In this document: one piece after another, positions 10,106-20,639 of the stretch
Layout of the letters: each line of letters opens with the position of its first letter
How positions within the stretch are numbered: position 1 is the first letter of the stretch
Source: Ginkgo biloba
Taxonomy: Eukaryota > Plantae > Ginkgophyta
NCBI GenBank assembly: GCA_024626585.2
Contig: JANKJI020000002.1
Location: 82,772,912 to 82,800,659, forward strand
Direction: 5' to 3'
DNA length: 27,748 nt
The notes under the pieces: generated by a model
Seen by the model: the letters and a program-made list of their open reading frames with translations, nothing else
Database searches by the model: none
Told to the model about the DNA's origin: nothing
Program-made: the position numbers and the translations under genes

Positions 10106-11990
10106 TAAAGTCCATTGTTATAAGGGTTTATATGGGAGATAAACTAACATATAAATGGGATTCTTACTTTTATATATAATAGTGCAAATATGTATGCACA
10201 AGTTTATAAAAAAAAAAAAAAAAATCAAGTGATTGTACATGTAGGATCAATAAGAACTAGATCATTCATCAATCCTAATTGTGGTCCTCCATGTCATCTT
10301 TGATTATCTCTATGGTTTTTTACCCATGTCAGCCAACCATCATAAATATGGAATACCAACATACATCCACAATCATGGAGCTAATCAAAGTCGATATGGA
10401 GATTTATTTTCATATGGATTTATATAAACATATGGGATTGCCACTTTTATATATAGTAGCACACACAATGGATATNNNNNNNNNNNNNNNNNNNNATACA
10501 TCTATCTATACTTATATATAAAAAAATGGGTGGTTTTATATGTAGTCCCAATTACTATACTACTATATAAAAAATTAAGAACATGATTATTTATTGGTCC
10601 TAATAATGGACTATGTTAATGTCATTTTAAATTATCTGTATGATTGTAAATCCATGTTAATCCACCATCCCTATGATGATGGAACCATCTTAGTTTCCCA
10701 CCTCTCTAGATTTACCATCACAAAGATAATTAAATCCAACATANNNNNNNNNNNNNNNNNNNNNNNNNNNNNNNNNNNNNNNNNNNNNNNNNNNNNNNNN
10801 NNNNNNNNNNNNNNNNNNNNNNNNNNNNNNNNNNNNNNNNNNNGAATGGGTAGATTTATAGATTTTATAATGTTTGTAGCTAGGAGAGTTATTGATGTCA
10901 GGTCACATAGGGAAGAATTTTAGTCCCTCATGACGTAAGTAGATACTTACACTAATAAATCCCAATAGTTTACCCTAGAGTATATGTACAAAATTTAGTC
11001 AAGGAATTTTCCATGACTATAAACTTACTAAAAATTTCTTGGGTCCTTTAAGACTAGAAAGCCTATTCCATCTAACATATGTAGAAGGTACAATTATTGA
11101 TTAAAGAATTGGATTAGGCTATAATTTAAAGTATTATAAGGGTTAGTGATGTGACATAAATTAAGAGGGAGATATATTTTGGTTCTATGGGATATAATAT
11201 TTCTAAGAAATCTATGATCATGAGTAATTTATTTGATATTTTTTATTATTATGGGTTTTATCTCACTAGAATTGTCTCTCTCTCTTTCTTTTAGTAACCT
11301 TAGGGTAATTATAGAAAATGTGTATGTAAAGGAATGCTACTATTTCTAATCATTCCTATTATTTCCCTTTGTATAATATTTATGTGGTTAGTAGGGTTAT
11401 TAGAAACATGAATAGCATGTTTCCTTATATGAACTTACTAAATTTATCTAATACCTCTCTCATAAAAGTGCTTTAGCATTGTATTCTCATAATAATTATG
11501 ACTTTGTACTTTGCACACTTATAAATTATAGAGAGATCTTATTTATCTAAATATTCCATTAGTTCATAGATTCTCATAAGATTTAATATAGGTTATTTGG
11601 AAACTCTATGAATGTGTATGAATCAATTAGAATTATTCATTTTTCATGATCTCAATTAATGGATTTGGTGTTTGACCAACGACAAGGAAGGTCTTGATGA
11701 ACACTTTTGGTATTCAATGAAGAGTGGGTACTTCATCAAGAAAATGAAAAATAAGGTTCCAATGAATGATCTTCTACAAACCCACAAATATAGATTGTTA
11801 TTTATGAATCGTGTACACAATTTTGGTGAATGATCAATAGAAAATAGAAAACGTCAATCGAAAACAATGAATGATTGACTTTTGTCATCAACATTCAAAA
11901 TATTTTTTTATTTTTTTAGCTATTCGATAGTGATGTTGTTAATAATGTATTATTAAATGATATTGTAATATTAATAACCATACTAATAAG

Positions 11991-12301
11991 TGATGTCACT
12001 GTTCAAACTCAAATTTGAGAGGGTTTCATAGAGTTCTTTGATCATACCGAGGATAGGTCTTTTAAAGAGCTTTAATTTAGTGTAACATAGTTTCAGAAGG
12101 TTGCAATATTGATCACTCCCTCATATTTTCAATAAAATATTTTTGCACACTTAAATATGTTCCTTCAATCCTCCATACTAATGGGTGCATCACCACCTTG
12201 TACTAATTTGCATATATTAATAAATAAACACTTACTAGTTTTCGTATAACCAGGTAGATTTTTTCTACCCTAGGAAGAAGTTGAGATATCCTTGTGACAC
12301 A
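11991..12301. mobile_element. Candidate solo LTR (311 bp) with target-site duplication
   Basis: Starts TGATGTCAC and ends GTGACACA (imperfect terminal inverted repeat, TG...CA). Flanked by TAAG at 11987-11990 and 12302-12305 (ATAAG if the terminal A is shared). Internal AATAAA near 12219. No PBS or PPT adjacent. Confidence 0.55.
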
Positions 12302-13367
12302 TAAGCATTGACAATAATATATAATAGCAACATATGATGGAGAATGATGATTAGTAATTATGATAACTCAAAAATAACTAGAATTATATAAATAAGAAAA
12401 AAAAAGTGATGATAATCCCTTTATCCTCTAAGGATAAATCCATACAACCATAGACTAAACACTCAAAGGGATATAAGGTCAAATTAAGGTAATAAAAATG
12501 GATAATTTAATAAAAAGTTAGTAAAGATAATTTTAAAAGTTAGTTATTTCGATGAACTACAACCATTTTGGAATAAATAAATTATATAAGAGATTTTTTA
12601 AGGAGAAAAATTAAAATATTAAATAAGAGATTACTCAGGAGAGAGAAAAAAGGATAAATAGAGATATAGGAGAGGAAAGGAGGAATGGGTGTTAATGCCC
12701 AAATTCCTACCAACAAGGATTAAATAATGTTTGGAGATTNNNNNNNNNNNNNNNNNNNNNNNNNNNNNNNNNNNNNNNNNNNNNNNNNNNNNNNNNNNNN
12801 NNNNNNNNNNNNNNNNNNNNNNNNNNNNNNNNNNNNNNNGAAAGGAAAAGGGGTAGGGGAATCAATTCTTATTTCTTTCATTAAATTGAAACCACTCTTC
12901 AATGTTTAATAGCGTAGAAAGGGGGGTTGTGTTGCTTGTTAATTTGCTTATCCATAGTAGAATCACCTTTTTCACCATCACACATGAAGCACACATGCAT
13001 TCATAAGTTTGAGGTACTCTAGGGAATAGCCTTGTATCTACTAGATTTTGGGTCAATCATTTTGACCAAGTTCGGATGAGAACATATGTTCCCCTGATTA
13101 CAATAATCTTATAAAAAGGCCATAAAATTAGTCAAAAAATTAGCCTTATTTAATTGCTAGGTCTAGACTAAAATTTCTAATGGTGTTCTAGGGCCCCTTG
13201 GTAGAGTCTTAGGGGAAGAACCCTAATCAAGTTCTAATCACAGTTCCTTACACCTTGAAGTCCTAAGTTCCTATGAATTCTACTATGAAAAACTATTTAT
13301 CGGAGGAATTTATTCTAGTCACACCAATTTATCAAAATCACACACGATTAAAAGTTTACAGTAAGTT

Positions 13368-13421
13368 AATGATAGTACAAAAGGCAATGATAGTATAAAA
13401 GGCAATAATGGTATAGAAGGT
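13368..13421. repeat. 18-bp minisatellite, 3 copies, decaying downstream
   Basis: AATGATAGTACAAAAGGC / AATGATAGTATAAAAGGC / AATAATGGTATAGAAGGT. Confidence 0.75.
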
Positions 13422-16400
13422 AGTGAGAGTAAAAAGTATAAAAGGTTATAAAGTACATAAGATAATGATAATGCAAAAAGCTACTATAATGTATAAGGCA
13501 GCCACAATTTAAAGGGTTATGATAATATGCAATATTGTGTATGATTGTCATGTTGTAAATGGTTATGAAATGTTAGAAGTGAGTAAAGTGACTAATGGTT
13601 GTAAAAATCTCAACAGAAGAGATTTACTCTGATAAGATGAATTATGTGGGTTAAAATACAAGACCATCAAATGACAAAGGTATATGAAATTACATAGGGT
13701 AGTAATAAGTGACATAGCATGAGGTCATCAACCTTATGAAAATGGCAAAGATTTACAAAAATTCTAAAGTGTCATGATGGCATGACAAAGTGACTTTGAG
13801 CCTCTAGCATGGCATCTCATTTTCTACCTCATCTTATATACCATATTGATATGAAATAATGATTACTGTTGCTAAGTTAATTATTATTCAATCAATNNNN
13901 NNNNNNNNNNNNNNNNNNNNNNNNNNNNNNNNNNNNNNNNNNNNNNNNNNNNNNNNNNNNNNNNNNNNNNNNNNNNNNNNNNNNNNNNNNNNNNNNNNNN
14001 NNNNNNNNNNNNNNNNNNNNNNNNNNNNNNNNNNNNNNNNNNNNNNNNNNNNNNNNNNNNNNNNNNNNNNNNNNNNNNNNNNNNNNNNNNNNNNNNNNNN
14101 NNNNNNNNNNNNNNNNNNNNNNNNNNNNNNNNNNNNNNNNNNNNNNNNNNNNNNNNNNNNNNNNNNNNNNNNNNNNNNNNNNNNNNNNNNNNNNNNNNNN
14201 NNNNNNNNNNNNNNNNNNNNNNNNNNNNNNNNNNNNNNNNNNNNNNNNNNNNNNNNNNNNNNNNNNNNNNNNNNNNNNNNNNNNNNNNNNNNNNNNNNNN
14301 NNNNNNNNNNNNNNNNNNNNNNNNNNNNNNNNNNNNNNNNNNNNNNNNNNNNNNNNNNNNNNNNNNNNNNNNNNNNNNNNNNNNNNNNNNNNNNNNNNNN
14401 NNNNNNNNNNNNNNNNNNNNNNNNNNNNNNNNNNNNNNNNNNNNNNNNNNNNNNNNNNNNNNNNNNNNNNNNNNNNNNNNNNNNNNNNNNNNNNNNNNNN
14501 NNNNNNNNNNNNNNNNNNNNNNNNNNNNNNNNNNNNNNNNNNNNNNNNNNNNNNNNNNNNNNNNNNNNNNNNNNNNNNNNNNNNNNNNNNNNNNNNNNNN
14601 NNNNNNNNNNNNNNNNNNNNNNNNNNNNNNNNNNNNNNNNNNNNNNNNNNNNNNNNNNNTCACCTGCATTATTGAGCCATAAATACCTATTAATTAACCT
14701 TATAAGACAATCCACATTATGATTTTCTAATTGGATATCATTGACCATTCCTTTATTCATATTACTCTTCGCTTACTCCTTGGGACATAACTATAATTGA
14801 CTGTTTATTTTACTATCTTTCAATCCTCATTATCATTGTACTTCACACCAATTCACACCAATTACCAATAATTATATTATCATATGTTGGCTACATGATA
14901 TCCAATCATAATTCCACTTCATTCTGATTAATAAATACACTAGGAAAGTTCCTATCCATTAGTTCTCAAATCACATTAAGGGTAGTTGTTATTAATTTTT
15001 TACCAAAATTATGATTTGAGATCCACTACTTTTGGGTATCCTTTTTTGTTATTAAACTACTCATTTGGTTTAAATTTTGACTGAATAAATATATCTAGTT
15101 AGGGTTTATGAAACCTTTTATGCACAATTAGTTGGGATAATTACTATTAGCATATGCATTTCCACTATATTCCTCAAGATTAATACAATTTCTCATACTT
15201 TTTTAACCATTTTTATCACTAAATCATCTAGTTTGTTTTCATTAAGTAACCATAGATCATCCCTCCATGTTCTTAGAACTAGTATAGAGACTACCACCAT
15301 TTGCATATAGTCTACCACTTAACACTTTATATTTTTTTTTTTTTTTTATTCCACCTTCAACTATCCTTCTATAAATCCCTCCACAAGGACCTCCACATAA
15401 TCTTTCAACATTACCTCTAGCATTACCTCCTCAAGGCCCTCTAATGGGACTCATAAGGATTCTATTTTTAGGTGACTTAAGGTCACACAAGGAGCTTTCC
15501 CTACTTAAGGACCCAATCTTTTGTGATCTTGATGGCCACCTCTACCTACTGATTTTCCTCTTAATACATATGAATTTTAATCACAAGTAGAAGATTATCT
15601 TTTACACCATGTTATATCCTATTACATTTGCTTTAAAGATAATGAATATACACACCTTAGTTCAATTTCATTTTTTCTTATGATCATTCATCAAGAGCAC
15701 AATATGATAGTTCATCAACCTTCTTAATTCTTTCAATTTTTTATTTTGAGGATCTTGTTTAATGATTTCTAACCTATTTTAAAGCTCCCTCATGAGANNN
15801 NNNNNNNNNNNNNNNNNNNNNNNNNNNNNNNNNNNNNNNNNNNNNNNNNNNNNNNNNNNNNNNNNNNNNNNNNNNNNNNNNNNNNNNNNNNNNNNNNNNN
15901 NNNNNNNNNNNNNNNNNNNNNNNNNNNNNNNNNNNNNNNNNNNNNNNNNNNNNNNNNNNNNNNNNNNNNNNNNNNNNNNNNNNNNNNNNNNNNNNNNNNN
16001 NNNNNNNNNNNNNNNNNNNNNNNAACATGTCCTTCTCATGAATTGGTCTCGTTTATGATTATTTACCTCGTATTTCATATTCATAAGCATCATCTATCCA
16101 TTTTAACCATCATGTCATAGGATATGGTGTCATTAGAAATACAAATTCATATATCAACCAAGTATCTATAGGTCTTACTCAATTGATTTAGTAGTTGCAC
16201 TCTAGAAATATTTCACCAAATACTAAAGCTTTCAATTCATATAATTATTCACACTATAGTGATAATAAGATTCAATGTTATAATGTGACCAATGAGACTC
16301 TAGTAATGATAATGGAGCTCTTATAAGAGGTAAATCAAATACAAGACACAGAGGAAGATGAAGAGAAGACCAATGAGCATGATAATAAGGGTATATGTAT

Positions 16401-16502
16401 AAAGATTCACCAAGATATAATAATTAAGTAAACAACAAGATTAGGTAAGGAACCAAATAGAATTGCTACCAAAATAAGGATGTCCATAAGTCTGCAAATA
16501 AG

Positions 16503-16695
16503 TGGTGTGATTATCATCAAACCAATCATTATGATTGGTTTGAGTTTCATGCACTTGCTAGAATATAATAATTAGTTGATAAAGGAAAATTTGTGAAATT
16601 TTTAGCACAACCATTCCATATAATAAGATAATATAAATTATTCATGCATGACATTCAAACCAATCATAATCACTAGTTTGTTGATAATTACACCA
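16503..16695. repeat. Foldback / MITE-like inverted repeat: 51-bp arms, 91-bp spacer
   Basis: 16503-16553 versus the reverse complement of 16645-16695 gives 44/51 identities with no gaps. The left arm contains the perfect palindrome TCAAACCAATCAT-T-ATGATTGGTTTGA (16517-16543). Confidence 0.85.
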
Positions 16696-17185
16696 ATAAT
16701 TTCCTAACTAGACTCATCCAATTTGCAAATCCAACTTGGAATAATAATTACAGTTGACCCATCACAACCATATACTTTAGTTTATATTCAATATACTTAC
16801 ATATACATGGCCAATGTAGTTCTATTTAATGTAAATATTACCACAAAGGCATGTCATTATGATATCCTTTAATAACCACAATCTAAAGATAACACTAATT
16901 AATTTGACATTCCATTATTATTCCTAAGGAAATGATTGCTACCACAATAGTTACCTAAGTATGTACTGAAGAGGATAGAACATAATTCTTATGCAAAAGA
17001 AGAAACCAATTACTCCATTATGAATGGTTAATCACATTCAATATTTTCCATGTCTCTTTTAAAAGGGTTGTGAAATTGACCATCTCAATAATAAAGTCTA
17101 CTTTCAATCATTAGGAGTTATGGACCCTACTTTTTCATCACTCATTCTATTTTGTGTTTCCAATGTCCAACAACACCTCCCATAT

Positions 17186-17480
17186 TTAGCACCATTTTAT
17201 ATACATACATAGATACTTAGTAAAAATATTAGGTATTGTCTTATTAACAAAAGTTCAACATTATCTATAATATCACATATTACATTTCAATATCTTGGGC
17301 TTGCTAAAGTGATCCCTTATTCCAATACACTTAAGGTATATGATAATCACCCAAATACACCACTTGGTAGCCTTAAATCTATATCAATTAGTTTTGAGGG
17401 AAAAATAATCAACCTAGATGTAAAACTAATGGAAAAATAATTGGAACACAACTTATTCTTTAGACAAAATTAGATGGAAG
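17186..17480 (+). pseudogene. Retroelement aspartic protease relic
   Basis: LAPFYIHT*ILSKNIRYCLINKSSTLSIISHITFQYLGLAKVIPYSNTLKVYDNHPNTPLGSLKSISISFEGKIINLDVKLMEK*LEHNLFFRQN*M fits the CxIDxGxS...LKAFDxH...PxG...GKxxxxDV...LDYNLLLGRxW pattern. The catalytic Asp position reads Asn. Confidence 0.75.
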
Positions 17481-18359
17481 TAATTACTACAATCATTGTC
17501 TTCAATATTTGAAGTAAGATAATTTATGCTAAATAGAAACATGATCATCATTAATGAACTCAAGTTTATTCAAACGCATTATGAATCCCCTTTTGGTAAG
17601 CATCAACTACTAATGTTAATATTTTTGCACACTTTCCCATGGGATATTTACTAATAAATAATTAAGGGTTGTTAATCATTATACCAACAAACTAGCCCAT
17701 GGTTACCTTTCAAACATGCACATTTGAACATAGATATATTTTAGGCATTTTTAAGGATATCTATATTATCAACAACCATTATCATTTTAACCAATTAAAT
17801 CCTAATAGATTCATAATGCACTTGTTTGAAAATCCATATTTAGGTCATTCAAACACTCTCATTAGATCAACTTGACAATGATAAACCCCTACTTGAAATC
17901 TTATGGGGAGGAGAATTTGATTAGAAGGAGAACCACCATAAATTAGGCCAAATGTACCAATTAAATTATCAAAGTCCATTTTCTAATTCCTCTATAGAAA
18001 TTCTTATCATTGAGATGAGGAAATTTCTACTTTGAAGGCATCACAGAGTTTTCCTATTTTATGCCAAAATCCCTGGATGGATTTACGAAAGGAAGTTTGA
18101 TGAATATAAGTCCTATTAGGATTATCAACATATCTAAATATGACCAAATATAATATATCAATATAGGAATTGGATTCATGAATCATTAAATAGGAAACTA
18201 GTTAAAATAATTATTTCAAGAATATAGAGATATATTCACTTGGTCTTATTGAGGAATTCNNNNNNNNNNNNNNNNNNNNNNNNNNNNNNNNNNNNNNNNN
18301 NNNNNNNNNNNNNNNNNNNNNNNNNNNNNNNNNNNNNNNNNNNNNNNNNNNNNNNNNNN

Positions 18360-18658
18360 ATACAGAGTAGCAAATTATGACAGAGTATATTAACCTGATA
18401 GATCATATACTGAACATTAAAGGCGCGAAAAGGAAAGAGAACTCGATTATTTGTGAAGAGAGTGTAAGAAATGACAACATATATCTACTTCATGAACTGT
18501 TGCAAGATTGATACATAAGAGCCAACAGTGCAGGTAAGAATATTGCTAGAAATTTGAAATCTTCAGATTAAAGTTTCAGTGACATTGAATGAAAAGAAAT
18601 GTTTTCCATAAAGAGTATGGATGGTGCAATAGCAGGAATTCTGAAAACCTTGGAAACA
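18360..18658. mobile_element. Terminal fragment of a younger insertion (probable LTR end) inside the RT
   Basis: Non-RT sequence ends ...CCTTGGAAACA at 18658, and RT homology resumes at 18659 (IGNKDLDKCLPKD, equivalent to xDYRDLNKACPKD). The segment retains CG/CAG/CTG sites that are nearly absent from the flanking pol. Confidence 0.6.
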
Positions 18659-19280
18659 ATAGGAAATAAAGATTTAGATAAATGTTTACCTAAAGATAAG
18701 TATCCCATACCATTCATGGATGAAGTTATTGACAAAATAGTAGGCTACAAAGTTCTTTCTTTAATGGATGTGTTCTCTAGTTACAATCAGATTTAGATTT
18801 CAAAAGTTGATAAGGTAAAAACCAACCTTTACAACATATCAGAGCACATTTGCTTATAAGGTTATGTCATTTAGGTTATGAAATACAAAATACATATTTC
18901 ATAGGGAAATGGATTTTTCCTTTTATGACATCATTCTAGTTGTTATCACTACACTCTTGGATGAGCTCTTAGCAAATTCCAAGAGATGAGAAGACCATTT
19001 CCCATATTTTTAACAAGTATTTCATAGCTACTAAAAATATTGAATCAACCTTAATATGTTAGTATGCATTTGTTTTCTTAATATCTTGTTAAGTTATATT
19101 ATGTCAAAACAAAGCATATCCATTGATACCAATAAAATAAAATAAAATATGTAGATGCCACCACCATATATGATTGAAAAAATTCAATTTTTTTAAGGGA
19201 GATTTAATTATATGTGGGGATTTGTGTAAGACTATAGAACTAAATTACAAGGGTTACTATAATTATTAAATAAAAATACC
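18659..19280 (+). pseudogene. Reverse transcriptase relic
   Basis: KDLDKCLPKDKYPIPFMDEVIDKIVGYKVLSLMDVFSSYNQI, then a frameshift to TFTTYQSTFAYKVMSFRL*NTKYIFHREMDFSFYDII....LLDELLANSKR*EDH...INLN. The YxDD motif has degenerated to LLDE. Confidence 0.92.
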
Positions 19281-19282
19281 CC

Positions 19283-19436
19283 CTTTGTCTAGGAGAATAA
19301 GTACCAAAAATTTATTAAAGAACTCAAAGTTGATCTATCCATAGTATTAATCTTACAACCTTCATCTAGGATGATAGGGCCCAAAAAGACTTTAAATAAC
19401 TCAAAGTCACTCTCACCACAACCCTAGTCTTACAAC
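19283..19436 (+). repeat. 77-bp tandem duplication in the RT-RNase H connection region
   Basis: TCTAGGA, AACTCAAAGT (19321/19398) and TCTTACAACC (19351/19428) all recur at an offset of 77; 54/77 identical. Confidence 0.8.
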
Positions 19437-19805
19437 CTCTTGACTTCTTAAAAGAATGTATTTTATACCTCTTTGAATTAGAAATTTGTATGTTGGTAGT
19501 TTTAATGTAGAAAGATTATAATAAAGTAGAATGTATAATTTACTTTATTAAAACGACATTATTTGGTTATCAACTCAAATACTCTATCATGGAGAAGAAT
19601 CTCTCTTTAGTCCACACTATTAATAAATTACACTATTATGTCCTTAATAACCATATGAAGCTAATGGTACCTCATAATCATCTCAAATATTTACTAAGAA
19701 ATACTAATCTATTAAGAAAAGTTAGGACAATAAATAATACTACTACAAGATTTTGATCTAGAATTTACAATCATGAAAGCAATAAAAGGAAAAGTTATAA
19801 TTAAT
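19437..19805 (+). pseudogene. Ty3/gypsy RNase H relic
   Basis: DFLKECILYL...LVVLM*KD...ECIIYFIKTTLFGYQLKYSIMEKN.....KLHYYVL....HLKYLL...LQDFDLEF...KAIKGKVI matches the gypsy RNase H layout. Confidence 0.82.
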
Positions 19806-19849
19806 TGGTAGAGAACTTTAGAATTGTATTTAGAAGGACTTATAATCAA

Positions 19850-20143
19850 TAACTAATTTCTTGATGAGAATATATTTCTAACAGGAACAAGTAATCCTTA
19901 GTGCAAGTATATTATACTCTATCTCTAGACTCATAATTTGTTCGAATGCATCTAAAGAGGATTAGGGAAGGATTTGGTAACAAGTCCCCCATTATGCTAT
20001 ATTATTAGATATACTTTAATGGAGCTTTACATGATTTTAAATTCCATGATAAAGATAAAAGTTTTTATAATGAAAATCATAATGGGATATTTGGTAGTCA
20101 CTAAGATAGCTTGGCCATGAAAGTAAAGATCCTTTGAGCAAGA
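19850..20143 (+). pseudogene. Integrase N-terminal (H2C2 zinc-binding) relic
   Basis: FLDENIFLTGTSNP*CKYIILYL*T, YIIRYTL and NENHNGIFGSH*DSLAMKVKIL*A correspond to FPDExLF..S.DPWYxDIIxYLQ, YxIIGDTL and HxGxCGGHxxGxAxAxKILRAG. Confidence 0.78.
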
Positions 20144-20639
20144 NNNNNNNNNNNNNNNNNNNNNNNNNNNNNNNNNNNNNNNNNNNNNNNNNNNNNNNNN
20201 NNNNNNNNNNNNNNNNNNNNNNNNNNNNNNNNNNNNNNNNNNNATTTTACTTTTTTGTGTTGAAATTGGCTATAGTTACTCTTAATTAACCCATAACTTA
20301 TAAACATAGAGAACTACATATCCTATAGCTATGGATTTAAAGACAGGGCAAGTTATCAACAATTCTATATTACCGCAATAGCTTTGATAATCATATATAA
20401 TAATTAACTTATTACCCACTCATGATATTTTTTTGTAATGTAGTTACCAACAAGGAAGTAGAATATCATGATACTAATGTAGTTACCAACAATTCTATGT
20501 ATGATATTATTGACTTGTAAATAATGCATTTGCCTATGTTTTTTTATACCTAAATAGTCATTACATAACTTCTTAGTTCTTAAAAAACTCATAATGCTCA
20601 CTTAGAAAGCCTATTTCAAGATGTTCGCCTACTCATGTG

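Larger units (their letters stand above)
17186..20143 (+). mobile_element. pol: Decayed Ty3/gypsy pol (non-chromovirus, Athila/Tat-type), order PR-RT-RH-INT
   Basis: Colinear protease, LFQEYRDIFTWSY (18211), RT, RNase H and integrase N-terminal motifs with many stops and frameshifts. Interrupted by the gap and insertion at 18260-18658 and cut off by the N-gap at 20144. Confidence 0.9.

Noticed and set aside
13108-13140. ~30-bp inverted similarity to 25092-25121 (AAAAAGGCC(A)TAAAATTAGTC), suggesting distant TIRs
   Set aside because: Short, does not extend, and both copies lie inside LTR-like sequence; at most a motif shared by related LTR families.
13859-14760. Longest ORFs in the track (261-290 aa) and other X-containing ORFs
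   Set aside because: They are open only because N-runs contain no stop codons.
14990-15260. Possible gag of the downstream pol (LIWF...ISS*)
   Set aside because: Position is plausible but the similarity is too weak to call without a profile search.
20436-20492. 18-bp direct repeat TAATGTAGTTACCAACAA (20436, 20475) and homopolymer runs elsewhere
   Set aside because: Ordinary slippage-type micro-duplications with no further structure.
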